Origin: Moniliella sp. 'wahieum'
Taxonomy: Eukaryota
Length of the DNA stretch: 64,000 bases
Reading direction: 5' to 3'
NCBI GenBank assembly: GCA_003971905.1
Contig: RSEE01000028.1
Span: 372,001-436,000, forward strand
A program made the translations under genes and the position numbers. The notes below the pieces were generated by a model that made no database searches, was not told the DNA's origin, and saw nothing but the letters and a program-made list of their open reading frames with translations. Of the stretch, positions 26,873-40,219 are shown in pieces (position 1 is the stretch's first letter; each line of letters starts with the position of its first letter).

Positions 26873-27388
26873 AGGACAACCGGCCACCCCCAGGGGGCAC
26901 TGAGCTGGTGCTCGGCTAAGGATGGGCGCTTATAGAGTACTGAAACCGCCATGTTTCATATTCGAGGATCAGCAGGTGATCAGTCGATGCGACCGCAGGC
27001 AGCAGGGCTGTACTGGTGCTCTCATGCGGCCCGTGCGGCGCCAGCACAGGGGCTGTGTGGAGTTGCGCGGATCGACAGAGTGGTAACGTGTATCCCCGGC
27101 ATCCCAATACGGTGGGCTGAGAAAAATGGTCTGATCGGCCTGAACAAATGAGCAACTCCAGTGGCGTTGGCTCCTTATGCTCCTCTGCCCTCTCGTTCTG
27201 ATCAGGGGGCGGGGGGTCATGGCGGTTATGCCAGCCATAACCGCCAGGCTGTTCGACGTTCGCCTACGGCATCTCGCTCCCAGAAAGAGCAAATCAATAT
27301 CTCCCTCCCACTACCACCGCTCCCTCTCTTCCTCCCCAGGCCCCACCAGCCCCCACCCCCTCCCGCCCCTCACATTCTTTTGCACACG

Positions 27389-29612
27389 ATGCATGGACTG
27401 CGATCGCCGCTGCCACCGTTTGCATGCGCCCTCGGCGCTCGTGCAGGGCATCACCCCTCAGTTCATCACCGCTCTGCCCTACCCCTCATCTTCCCACGTC
27501 CGCATGCCTCCGGCATCGAGCTGCCCTCTTTTAAACCTCAGACACGCGAGTACACACTCGAGCTCAGCAACCAATGGCTAGCTCCTGATGGTTTCTGGCG
27601 CCAGCCTTTGCCGTCAATGGTCAAACCCCTGGCCCCCCCATCGAGGGCAATGAGGGGGAACCTTCCGAATCACCATCGTCAAACAACTCGGCATCCAAAC
27701 ATCCATGCACTGGCACGGCCTCGACGTGCCTATGGATCAGGATGGTATGTCAATTATCATCTTCTTGAGTTTTCCTAATTCCCGACCTTTCGGCGTGCCC
27801 GGCGTGACTCAGTACAACATCTTGCCCTACTCGAACTATACGTACGAGTGGAAAGCGAAGAACTACGGTATCCATTATTACCACTCCCATGCTTCTGCCA
27901 CCTACGCTGATGGTCTGCGTGGCCCCATCATTCTCCACCCGAAGCCGTCTCATCTTCGCCCTTGGGAGGCCATTTCCAAGAACAAGGATGACCAACGCGC
28001 CATGGAGGAAGCATACCACAAAGCTGGGCCTCTCCTTCTTCACGACTGGCGTCATGAGACCATGGATAGCGCCTTGACTCGTTACCGCTTCACTGGCCAA
28101 GACCCGTACTGCATCGACTCTCTGTTGATCAACTCACAGGGCCGTAGCTATTGCTATGATGTGGAGTACCTTAAGCCCATGGCCGGTCTCCAAGCACCCT
28201 ACATTGACGGCCTTGACTCAAACGGATGCGTTGGGCCAGTTTTTGGATTCAAGGGTCAATTCGCCAAGGTCAACCCCTCCACATGCCAAAACTCTACCTC
28301 AGCAATTGGGGAGTATAAGTCCTCGGAGTATGGCTCTGCGGACGGCAAGTTTGCCGCCTTTCACATTCTCAATGGTGGAACTGAATATGAGACGTGCTTC
28401 TCTATTGATGGTCACGACATGTGGGTTGTTGCTACCGACGGTTCCTTTATCAAGCCCCAGAAAGTCCAAATTCTTGACACCCAACTCGGCCAACGCTACA
28501 CGGTGATGGTGCCTCTTCAGGAGGAGGGACGGTATACCATACGCGCATCCCTCTGCAACAATATGCCTCAGTTGAAGTCCGGCTACGCTGTGCTGGACGT
28601 GGACAAAGCAGCTTCGAAGAAACCTGAATCCAAAGTGAGCGTCACCGTCAAGAACGACGATCTGGACGAGGAGCCCGACACCGATGATGACGACGACGAA
28701 GAGGAAGACGAGTCCGATTACGAGAAGCGTGCAGGAAAGAACCTTCTTTTCAAGGAAGGCGACAGTCTCCCTGAGATTTCCGTTGGCGCCATTAAGCCTA
28801 ATGTTCAGCCGTACCTTGCTGGCCCAAGCCAAAAGCATCTCCCTCTTCAGAAGCCCAAGTTTAGCAATGGTATGAAGCCAAGTGAGGGTATGCATGTTTC
28901 CAACGACTTGGGCACGGAGGGAAAGCAGTGGATGCTCTACAATGGCTCGGCCATTGGCAGCGCCAAGGTTTCCAACTATTCCACCATGCATCCTTGGGAC
29001 AAGCATGCTCCGCCCGCTAACTCGACCCATACATTCAAGTTCAACCTCAACATTACTAATGGTGGTCATGGGCTCTCAACACACAACCGCTCTCTGGTCT
29101 CACATCGCAGCTCGACCCTCTCCTGTGGTCCAAGCATCGCCCTCAGGGTCCCGACTTCCACCACAGCATCATCAGTGTGCCCGTTGGAGCGTGGTGGAGG
29201 TGGTGGACGTGATTCATCAAGCAGCCAGCACTCACCTGGGTAACCCCGCTCATCCCATCCACAAGCACCAGAATAATGTGTGGATCCTTGGTATGGGTGC
29301 CGGCGAGTTCCCATACAACTCAGTTGAAGAGGCCCAGGCCAAGCAGCCCGGACTGCTCAACTTGGTTAATCCTCCACTCCGTGACTCGTGGCACATCCCC
29401 GCTGGGGGCTGGGTGATTACGCGTCACGAGGTGTTGGAAGATGGCGTCGTTCCTGGCATGCCATATTGTTGTTCACTGGGAAGCGGCATGATGGTTCTCT
29501 GGGCTCAGGGTGACGCTATACCCACGTCCCAGATCCTTCCAATGTGCTCCATGCCCCACATGCGCCTCCCCAGTACATCCCCGAGAACGGGAAGGTTGGC
29601 CTCGACGTGTAA
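27389..29612 (+). CDS. Secreted multicopper oxidase (laccase-like); frameshifted
   Basis: Copper motifs HWHG (about 27708), YYHSH, HPIHKH (about 29250) and W-H-[C]-H-I-V-V-H...GSGM (about 29453, 1-nt deletion); APDG motif near the N-terminus. Confidence 0.9.
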
Positions 29613-30362
29613 GGGTATACATGTGTCGCTCTGGCGATATCTTTTGCTGCACATCTCAAGCCCCTATTTCTTTTTTCTTTCTCCTTTATGAGCTTCATTC
29701 AACCGCATTGTTATGATGTTTACGCTTCAAATGCCTAAACCGTCAACGACCTAGGTTAGGCCGTTATTGGCGACGTTCTTTGTTTTTTGTTCTCCACCTA
29801 TACATGATTGCCACGCTCCAATCGAATGACTCCTGCCATGAACGATATTTTCTTCAGTGTATTTGACTGGAAGCTGATGCACAAAGCGTGTTGACATTGT
29901 AGTGCAAGCATTTTAATACTACTCAGTACTCACATCCATTGACGGAGATGGATTCCAACACTTGCCGGTATGGGCACGTGTACACCTAATAGGATTGTCA
30001 AGCTAATCCTCTCTGACAATGGCCGTGTCACGGGCCTGGCTAGCGATGCTGGCGATGGGGAATGGTGATGGGGACCAGAGCTAAGGAGAGCTAGACCTCT
30101 GGGCCGTGATAGGCTCCGGGCTCGGAGGCCAGTGGAAGTTCGTAGAAGGTCAGGGATGCACTGCCCCCCGATGATGCACTGACGGTGTGTATCGGAACAC
30201 GTTTCACTAATTGAAAGCTGATGGGCTCTCGTCCACTGGTGGTCAACATTCTGGTGCTTCCGAGGCTCTCGAGGTGCGATTGCGTAGAGTTTCGGGTTGT
30301 GGGTAGAGGTTGGGTACCGGTTATTTAGTAGTTGTTGTCGGGCACGAAAGAGAAGAAGAGGC

Positions 30363-30605
30363 TCTCTATGTTGTGTGCATTCCATTGACAGAGCTTAAGG
30401 CTGGGACAGGGGGAACGCTACGTCTAAACCGAACCGTTCATCTTGCGGGGTTGTTGGAAGCGCCACTAAGGTCAAGGAACCAGGGGGATTGCCAGGATAT
30501 CAGGACCTCCGGCTCTCGCCATCCGGTCCCGTACCCTAGGAAGCGCGTGTGGACACGGAGGAACGTGGTTGACTACGAGCGAGGAACCATTTCCACTGAG
30601 ACTTC
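30363..30605 (+). mobile_element. 5' fragment of the Helitron-like family
   Basis: Starts TCTCTAT and aligns closely over about 240 bp with 35304-35550 (e.g. AGAGCTTAAGGCTGGGACA...CCGGTCCCGTACCCTAGGAAGCGCGTGTGGACACGGA). Confidence 0.7.
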
Positions 30606-31063
30606 TCTCTATTCTGAACTCTCCACTTCCTCTTTTCGTTTTTGGCCTCTTCTTCTCCCTTGATCGATGATCTCCCTGCGACCTTTGCCAGCTGCTAACG
30701 CTCGTGGCGCCACTCCTCAAGGGATCGTCTGGTATCCTCAGCTCCACTTTTAGTCGCGTCCGGTCGGGTCCACGCCCACACCGAAAAATGCCTTATTAAT
30801 TGTCCGTTTCGACTTGCTGGAGACTGCTGTGGAACGGGGGACGCAGAATATTGAAACGGATTGCTCAGCGGCTCGGCCTCTCAGCCTCAGCGGACAAAGC
30901 TACACTGCCCTTCTGCTTACACCGAGACAGCCCCGGAAAAAAATATGGCGGAGGAAGCTTGGCGAACGGCGATGTCGACGTCAACCGCTGCTGACTCTTC
31001 GCAGTTATTTTAACCCGCGCAGGCTTCCTCTCTTCCACCGTCCCACCCGCCCCACACTATCAC

Positions 31064-32195
<1,132 letters not shown>

Positions 32196-32883
32196 TAAAA
32201 TGCGCAATAAATCCTTAACTTTTTCGTCACTCGCTTGCCATGCTCATGCCCATGGCCGCATGTGCGACCGGGTTACTGTGCTTTTCATTTTTCTCTGGGT
32301 CCACTGGATGTTGCACTAGATGTTCTCAAATCCGCACGCATTCCCCTCGTCGTAACTCCAGCAACTACTATGCCTATCGGGGGCCGCTGACACCCTGCTC
32401 TGTGCGACGAGTCGCGGGTCTTGTGCACGCATCAATTCAAACATACTCCTCATACTTTTTGCTCCCTTTCGCTGTGCATATCTATAGCGCAGGATATGAA
32501 TACAGACAGTAGCAGTCGTCTATACCAGGCTCTCTCTCGTTCTGCGTTTGTAGAGCGCTAACAGCGTCTCACCCAATTAAGAGGCCGATGGCGTTGCTAG
32601 CAGGTTACGAGTTACGTGCCACCAGCCACTGGCCTCGAAATCGTGCAAGTATGTGAATACGGATTTAGCGTCCACGTGTTGAACGTGTGATGAACGTTGA
32701 AATAGTCCCGTAATAATGCAAACCTTGGTGCAACCCTACTTTGTTCCACAGTGCCGGCTATTATACTGGTGCTGCGGTATATTTCCTAACCCTACTCCGG
32801 CTTCCTCATCCAAAGGCATTGCCCCCGGCGAGGGAGACTCCCTTCTTCTAACCCCACCGTTGCAAACCGAAGTTCTCGACAAC

Positions 32884-33492
32884 ATGGCTTCCTCCGACCT
32901 CCAGTGGCTGCTCACCAAGAAGAGCAACGCTTACATCGTTAAGCAGCAGCAGGTTCCCCTGTTCTTCTCGCGTGAGGCGGGCAACCTCGCTGCCCTCAAC
33001 CAGGCCAAGGTAAGTGCTCCCGAGCCACGTCCACGTCCACCTGCTCGCCCCTTAGTCCCTTACGGCTCTAGTCGGGTTTGGTCCTCATGAGACGCCCAGA
33101 TTCTCTATAACAGAATCGGGAGCTAATTCTGACCCGCATCGATTGTGCAGTACTCGACGGTTTTCCCCGCCGCTGTTGGTGTGGCTCCCGCGAAGAACGG
33201 CAAGGGCGTTGTTGTTTCGCAGAAGAACCCCAAGGCCTCGTCGCAGGACGTTGCTCGTCAGTTCAACACCAACACGGTTACTGGCGGTGCCCGCCGTGCT
33301 GCCGGCATTGTGTCCCGTCAGGTCTCGGCCATCCGCCCCGACCTGCACAGGGCTGCCGTCGCCAAGACCCAGGGCATCATTCGCGCCCAGAACGGTGGTG
33401 TGGCCCCTCGCCCTCCCGCAAGGCGCGTGGCTCCAAGAAGACCGCCGTCGCCGTTGAGGAGTCGGCCTAAGTCCTTTCGGGCTTCGCTCTAA
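32884..33492 (+). CDS. RPL28: 60S ribosomal protein eL28; intron 33010-33150
   Basis: MASSDLQWLLTKKSNAYIVK...FSREAGNL; RPDLHRAAVAK; GTAAGT...CAG intron. Confidence 0.88.
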
Positions 33493-33875
33493 CGTTACAG
33501 TCATCTTGCGCTGCCTGGCTTGTCAGTCGGTCATGCCTGGGATCCTGGATCCTTCTAAAATGATCCATATGCGCACCGCTAGTGCCTAGGACCTCACCTC
33601 GTCCATGTTCATTTTCTTGAGTAACCCATAGTGTCATAGTGTTGTCTTGTTCAAACGCCTTCTCCCTGATGCTCCTTGGGGGAGGGGACCCAATACTCGA
33701 TGCCTCGTCTCGAATCAAAGTTGCACCAGTTCAGATGCGGAAATCGGAAGAATGTAGCAGAGCTCTTATGAAACTTTCTTGCTGGACTGATCATAGTGGC
33801 CGAAGCTTGAATCCGCTCTCTCGTCACCACCATTGGGGCTCAGCACGTCCAGCTGACCTTTCAACCCAAACTACC

Positions 33876-34280
33876 ATGTCGCGCGTGGCCTACGCCTACT
33901 TTGCTGGCGCCGTCGTCGTCACGGCTGTAACGGTGTATGGAGTGCACTACATTCAAAAGGCTGAGAATGAGGTATGTACCTATTGCTATTGGTTTCCGGG
34001 TGCCGCTTACTACTGCCCAGGGGAGGACTGAGAGGACGCCCACCCTCTCTCTTCTCCGCTTCTACTCCTAAGCCCCGGGAACGCCCTTGATTTAAACAAG
34101 TGAAGCTACATACTAACCTCATGTTCGACGGTTCAGGCTATGTATGCTGGCGTGGTGCGGGATGCAGCGCGGCAAGAGAGTAAACGGAAGGAGCAAGATG
34201 AGCGGGCTGCTAACCTCAAGATGAACCAAGAACGGAAGCTCGTTTCCAACAGATTCAGCCTACCCGAGAGTTCCTCCTAA
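33876..34280 (+). CDS. PET117: Cytochrome c oxidase assembly factor Pet117; intron at about 33972-34136
   Basis: MSRVAYAYFAGAVVVTAVTVYGVHYIQKAENE|AMYAGVVRDAARQ, matching the Pet117 VHxxQ...MxxGVxRD pattern. Confidence 0.82.
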
Positions 34281-34501
34281 GGAGGCAAGAGGAGCTGCTG
34301 GAGCATGAGACCATACATTAGTGTCTTCTCTGGGTCTTTCCCCTCGTGCCGTTTCTTACCGATATCTGCTTTACCCCATCTATTATCTCCACTTGTGCAC
34401 AAAGTCACTACTCTGCTAGCCAATCCTGACCCTTTGGCCTAATCCATGCTCGTCATGAGATGGTATAACATGAACAGAGACGATTGTATGGAAGAAGTGC
34501 A

Positions 34502-35129
34502 TCATGCATCAGCATTTTTGGAGAGCAGTTCCCAACCCCTTAGCTCTGATTCTCGCTCTCGCGCCAATTGTTGGATTTCCGCGAGAGTTGCCTCATCTCC
34601 TGAGGGGCCGACGGTGATGTTCCCGGGCTTTGGGTTGCACTTGAGGAGAGTAGGGAATGACAGTCGATCACCTTGGCTGGCCAATTTTGGAGGCAGCTGT
34701 GGCAGCTGCGGCACTAGCTGCGTGGCGGCCAGCGTCGTCAGTGGGGGCGGGCAGAGGATCGGGTCCGCCAACAAGGTCCATAAACTGATCCCAGGCAGGG
34801 GTGAAGCGGGTTTCCTCCTCCGACTTGTCCCCATAAGCATCGACGACTAGCATGGCAGCGCGCCATGCCTCGAGGCTGTTTACCTCGATGGCTGCCAGGC
34901 GAGCTTGCCAGGCTGAGGACGGATCGATCCAGGGCTGGAGCAAGGATGGGCCTCGGCCTTGATCACGCTTCCTTGCAATGGTAAAGAGGTTAAGGTCGTT
35001 AACGACATCGTCGGGATCGAGGCAATTCACGAGGGGGGCGTCGCCGAGAAGCATGGGGTAGGAGGGGCTCATGAGGTCAGATGGAAGGGAGGACAACTTG
35101 GGGCGAACACAGATTGAACACTGGCAGCC
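34502..35129 (-). CDS. Hypothetical protein; frameshifted
   Basis: Two overlapping coding-like ORFs (35096-34668 and 34840-34502). No domain recognised. Confidence 0.4.
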
Positions 35130-35303
35130 ATCTCGTCATGATCATGCAATGAGGCATCCCTTTGCCTGGTCGATGGGCCACGTCGCTCGGCCAAAGCCCG
35201 CCCCAATTTCAACTGTTCATTTCACATGCGTGTCAATTAGCAACTACAGATGCAGCTGATGCCGATGGCAATCAATCACTGTCCATGTTTCTGCCGCGCG
35301 TCA

Positions 35304-36321
35304 TCTCTATTCTGCATCCATATCATTGATAGAGCTTAAGGCTGGGACAAGGGGAACGCTACTTCTAAACCGAACCGTTCATCTTGCGGGGGTTGCTTGG
35401 AAGCGCCTCCAAGGTTAAGGAACCAGGGGGATCGCCAGGATATCAGGACCCTCTGCTTCTCGCCATCCGGTCCCGTACCCTAGGAAGCGCGTGTGGACAC
35501 GGATGAACGTGGTTGACATCCGAGCGAGGAAGCATTTCTATTGAGACTCAGAAGCCAAAGACTTCCAATGCGCAAACATCTTGACCGCTGTCTTGGTGCG
35601 GTAGTATCCTCGCGTCGTCAAAACCACGGGGGAAGAACGGCTCTTGAGAGCGTCCCTGGTACTTGGCGTTCTTGTCGCATTCTGCTTGTTCCAGCAGCCG
35701 AATCAGCTCCTTCTCCCGGCGTTCCAAAGGTGTCGCAGTGCTCTCATGTACCACTCTCCAGTACGCGCTCTGCGCCTCCAGCGTTCCCGAGTCGCGCAGC
35801 GTGTGGTCCATTTCCATTCCGGATCCTGCGATTGCTCCAGGCCCCACCACGCGGTAGTCAGTGCGCTGTGCCCTCCGTCCGCGCCTCGTCCCATCCTCAT
35901 CCTCCACAGTAGGTTCTTGTGGATGTGTGGGTGTCGGGGATGGAGCGCACCAGCTGGAAATGGGCTCCCGCACTGCCTCATGCGACGCACTAAACTTGGC
36001 CTGGGAGCGGGTGCAAGCCACGATGTGCTCCAACGAGGACATAACGCCGCCCCTGCATATGCTGCGCGTGGAGCGACACAGCGTGCGGAGCTGGAGACCA
36101 ACCTGGACCTGCTAGTCAGAGAGCTTGAGGTACGGGACGGACGGAATGGCGGAGAGCCAGTTGTGGCTCAGCGGGTTGCTGTGCTCAACCACATGGCGAC
36201 CATCGGCAGCGTCCCTGCAGCAACTCCTGTCGACTGGGAACGGTGGTGGCTACGGTGACGACGCAGCACCAAGCTGGGGCGAAGCCCCAGCCGACGGGCC
36301 GTAGGCCCGGTGGTCTCCTCG
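35304..36321 (+). mobile_element. About 1-kb non-autonomous Helitron-like element (copy C) carrying an antisense ORF
   Basis: A|TCTCTATT 5' end shared with 30363; 3' end AAGCTGGGGCGAAGCCCCAGC-CGACGGGCCGTAGGCCCGG-TGGTCTCCTCG|T; no TSD. Confidence 0.75.
35548..36042 (-). CDS. Unknown 164-aa ORF inside the Helitron-like element; paralogous to the degenerate ORF at 38087-38504
   Basis: Both copies start MSSLEHIVACT and share YQGR(S/T)QEPFFP. Confidence 0.45.
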   Translation of the reverse strand: MSSLEHIVACTRSQAKFSASHEAVREPISSWCAPSPTPTHPQEPTVEDEDGTRRGRRAQRTDYRVVGPGAIAGSGMEMDHTLRDSGTLEAQSAYWRVVHESTATPLERREKELIRLLEQAECDKNAKYQGRSQEPFFPRGFDDARILPHQDSGQDVCALEVFGF

Positions 36322-36996
36322 TTAACCATTAATCATTGGTCACCTGACCGGCCACAATAACCTACTGCCACATCTCGTCCAAAATGCCTCACGTCCCGGA
36401 GTAATCGAAGAAGAAGAGAGGCTTGAATGTGGATATGCACTGCCACTACCACACCACCACATGCTGTCTTAGGAAGCAACGTCCTTCCCGTTATTACACA
36501 AAGAAGTGACAGCGACGGAGCGTAATTTGGACGCATTATTTGACACACACTTCTCATTTGCGGCAAAAGCGTATAATACCAGTGTTATAACAGTGTGCAA
36601 TGTGTAGGATATCTCGGCATTATCGACGATCGATAGCGCGATTGTTTTGGAAGAGGCACAATGAGCTTGTGGGTGAAGGAGAGATAGAGGAAGAGATATA
36701 CAGAGACAGACTGGAATAGCTATGACACTACATTATGGGCCCAGAAGTAAGAGTCCTCCTACGTCGGGAGCGAGCCCGATCCATGCGGAAGCATGGCACT
36801 GCATATCGCAGCCCACACTGCTGCACGCAACGGTAATCGATAACACGTACTGGTATAACAACCGTACTACTATTATATTAGTGCAACAACATACCCCAGT
36901 ATAGTATAAGACACCACATATATATGGAGGACACATCTTGTCAGCATCCCTCCCCACAGCTCAACCACCTTGATCCAACTTCTCTTCCAAGACCTC

Positions 36997-37210
36997 ATGA
37001 ATTCTTCACTGTGTTTTCGGTCGCCGTCGTTCTAGCCTCCATGGCGAACGCTGCACCCGCACCTGGCCCTAGCCCGGCCCCGTCCCAGCCCCAGCTCCTG
37101 CTGCGAATTTGCCTTTCACTTCCTGCGAAATTCCTCGGTGCGGACTGTAAATGTTTTCTGTTTTCATGAAGGAGACGTTCCTCTGCTCAACTATCGTTAC
37201 AAGTCCGGCA
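36997..37210 (+). CDS. Small secreted Cys-containing protein candidate; frameshifted, 3' end uncertain
   Basis: ATG at 36997, then after a 1-nt shift FFTVFSVAVVLASMANA|APAPGPSPAP (signal peptide-like). TATA-like CATATATA at about 36917. Confidence 0.5.
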
Positions 37211-37687
37211 GAGCGAACGTTTCGGATGCCCTCAAGCTCCACTGTACCCCATGACCTTCTCCTGATCCCACCGTCGGTTCCAACCTTGACCGACTTTCAG
37301 GCGTCGTCGCGAGATGCATCGCCTTCGGTTCTGGCCGTTTGCGTGTCAATATGCTATCTCCTTATAAGTGGCAGTGGGATGCGGCCGACTAGTTCGATGA
37401 TGAGCACAAGTGCTTTTGTCCTTCAATTCTGTCTCTCTCTCTTCGCTACCCCCATTTCCCTTTTTTCTTCTCCCTTTGTCTTTCAAGCCATTAATAGGCT
37501 TCTTAAACTCTGTCTTCATTATTCACATCGTCATACACTATAGCGAGAGACGTCCCATTTTCCGATAGAACACCTGTACGCTTATACTTGGCTCGTTGGC
37601 CAAATCAGTAGCCCGCCGACTTGTGTTGCTATCTGAGCTTGAACCAAAACCTCATCAAGAGTCCAATTGAGTCACCAGCAATATGTC

Positions 37688-38712
37688 AGGTATCAGGACC
37701 CTCTTTTTCTCCTGTCATTCGCTTCCAGACAGGATACAGCGGGAGGGGATAGAATGGGCGCGATGGACATAATATGTGAGAGCCATGAACGATATCCAAT
37801 GAGATGAACCCCAGCAAGATTTTTGTTCCAATACTCAAACATACCTTCTTGCCGTGTTAGTGGCACAGTACCGGCGTGTCTCGTCATGACCACGGGGAAG
37901 AACGACTATGGTGTTGTTCTCTGGTGTTAGCGTTTTTTGGTCGGGTTCCGCCTGCTCCGATGCAGTTATGGTCCCTTTGGGATTCCATTATAGACGTTGT
38001 TGCCTTCAACTCATCCGTTAATTGTTTCCATGGCCCAAACATTTGCTCGCCATCCTGGGGGCATAGAATCCTCGCGTCGTCACAACCTAAGGGAAGAAAG
38101 GTTCTTGAGTGCGTCCCTGGTACTGGGCGATTAATTCTTGACGCATTTCAACAGTCGAAGCAGCTTCTTCTCCCTGCGCTCTTAAGGTGTGGGTGCTCTC
38201 GTGTGCCGCCCTACGGTACGCAGACATCACTTCCCCTATTCCCGAGCACCGTAACGCGTTGCCCACTTTCAGTCCTGCTCCTCCGAATCTCCAGGTCCCA
38301 TCACTCAGTAGCCAGTACACGCATCGTCTTTCCCCCAAGCCTCGTCCTTTCTCTTCCTCCTCCACCGTCGGCTCGTAGAAGCGGGTGTTGGCGATGAGCG
38401 CATGAGCTGAACAATGGAATCCCGCGTCGCCTCATGCAATACCCCAAACTTGGGGACTGGGTGCAGGTGTGGGTGCAGGCTACAATGTGCTCAAGCGAGG
38501 ACATGACACCAACAAACAGCGAGGTCGTTTGTAAGTTCTGCCTTAGACGAGTAACGCCGCCAGCGCTGCCAGGACGCTACGCTACATGCATGATAAATCA
38601 GGACAGTGGAACGGTGGACGAAGGAACGGTGGGCAGGGGATGGTGGACGAAGGAACGGTGGGCGGGGGACGGTGGAACGGAGGCTACCCAAGCTGGGCCA
38701 TAGACCGGGTTA
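37688..38712 (+). mobile_element. Diverged and rearranged Helitron-like copy (copy D)
   Basis: TATCAGGACCCTCT at about 37691, duplicated CGTCA...GGGAAGAA segments (37882, 38078), homology to 35605-36045, GGAACGGTGG repeats and CCAAGCTGGG at 38607-38697. Terminal CTCG/CTAG not evident. Confidence 0.6.
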
Positions 38713-39423
38713 GAATGCATCAAGCTTCACGCGCACGCAACTTTCAAGATTACGTTGACACATGGCACGTGACGCGTGACGTTCGCTCGGTCGCTTGAGG
38801 TTCTTTTCAACTGAACGTTCAACCGTTGAAGGTTCCGGTCACAAGTTTCAAGCTCTTCAAGTTCCGTGGGTCGTTGGAACGAATGAGCTGAAGGCGGGAA
38901 CGTATGAGTAAGACATCGGACCGGAATGCGTTTTCCGTGGATGCTTGGGCTCTCAACAAAAGACGGGCCCACCTCTGCTATCTCCGCCAGCGCGCGGACT
39001 ACGGCCGTCCCACGACGAATATCGCGGATCGATACAGAAAATGTGACAAAGGCAGTGGCTTTGAAAAGAACCGTGGGCGGCAAAAGGCCACTCACATCGC
39101 CATGAAATTGCAATCACATCCTCTTCAGCCACCCCGCCACAGTAGCTATGGTTTGAAACGTTGAATCAACAATATTAGTTACTAGTCACAAGTCACTGGT
39201 CAGCAGGATGAAACATTAAACAGTCTGGCTACACGGACGTTAGCTTATGCCCGGATGTCTCGCGAACGGCCGCCGCCACGCCGGTTTGCCAGCCCGTCCA
39301 AGACGTTGAACTGTAAAGTTGGTGTCGTTAGTGTGAGTGCGTGGAGTGCGTGGCGTCCGTGGTGGCCCGCGCGGGCTCAAGTGCGGATGCAGCTCCGTGG
39401 AAGCTTGTGGCCAGGTCGTGGAC

Positions 39424-39433
39424 GTATAAAAAG
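39424..39433 (+). promoter_or_regulatory. TATA box
   Basis: GTATAAAAAG about 110 bp upstream of the nitroreductase ATG. Confidence 0.6.
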
Positions 39434-39538
39434 CCACTTCCTCACCATGCAGTCTCCCTTACCATCCAGCACCACCAGCTACCGACGCAGCAACACCCAC
39501 CGCTTTCGTCTGTCCTCACTGCACGCTTCTCTCTCGCC

Positions 39539-40219
39539 ATGTCGACTTCCAGCTTCATCCAGGCCATCACTGCCCGCCGTAGCATCTACGCTCTCGGCAA
39601 TAAGTCGCCCCTCTCGAACGAGGCCCTTGTCAAGTACGCTATTTCTTTTTCGTCTCTTCTAATTGCGTAGCACCATCGCTTACTTTTCCCCTACCCCCCC
39701 CTCAGGCTCATCCAGGAGTCCATCCGCCAGAGCCCGAGCTCGTTCAACAGCCAGTCGTCGCGCGCCATCATCCTCCTTGACGATGCCCACAAGAAGTTTT
39801 GGCTTGAGCAGATCAAGGAGTACGGCAACAAAGACGTGGTCACCTACATGTCTGCGCGCCTGCCCCTCTTTGCTGCTGGCAAGGGTACCGTCCTCTTCTT
39901 TGAGGATGAGGCCACGATCAAGGGCATGCAGGAGCGCAATGCCGCTTTTGCCCCGGCCTTCCCATCCTTCTCGACCCAATCGTCGGGCATGGCCCAGATC
40001 AATACATGGACCGCTCTCGCGACCGAGAAGCTCGGCGGAAACCTGCAGCACATTGGCGCCATTTCCGGGGACTCGTATGTCGAGGGCCTGAGCAAGGCAT
40101 TGAACTTCCCCGCTACGTGGAAGCCCCTGGCTGAGTTGGTCTTTGGCTCGATTGAGAGCCCCGCTGGGGAGAAGACGTTCATCGAGGACGCTGACCGCTT
40201 CCGCGTCATCGGCGCCTAA
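39539..40219 (+). CDS. Nitroreductase-family protein (HBN1/FRM2-like); intron at about 39634-39706
   Basis: MSTSSFIQAITARRSIYAL; SPSSFNSQSSRA; GKGTVLFFED; SSGMAQINTWTAL; GNLQH; PATWKPLAELVFG. Confidence 0.88.

Noticed and set aside
33085..33135. Possible intronic box C/D snoRNA in the eL28 intron (ATGAGA...hairpin...CTGA)
   Set aside because: The C box is poor, and the CTGAC/GCTAAT motifs are explained by the branch site.
36733..36744. TTATGGGCCCAG resembling a copia PBS
   Set aside because: No adjacent LTR, gag or matching repeat is visible.
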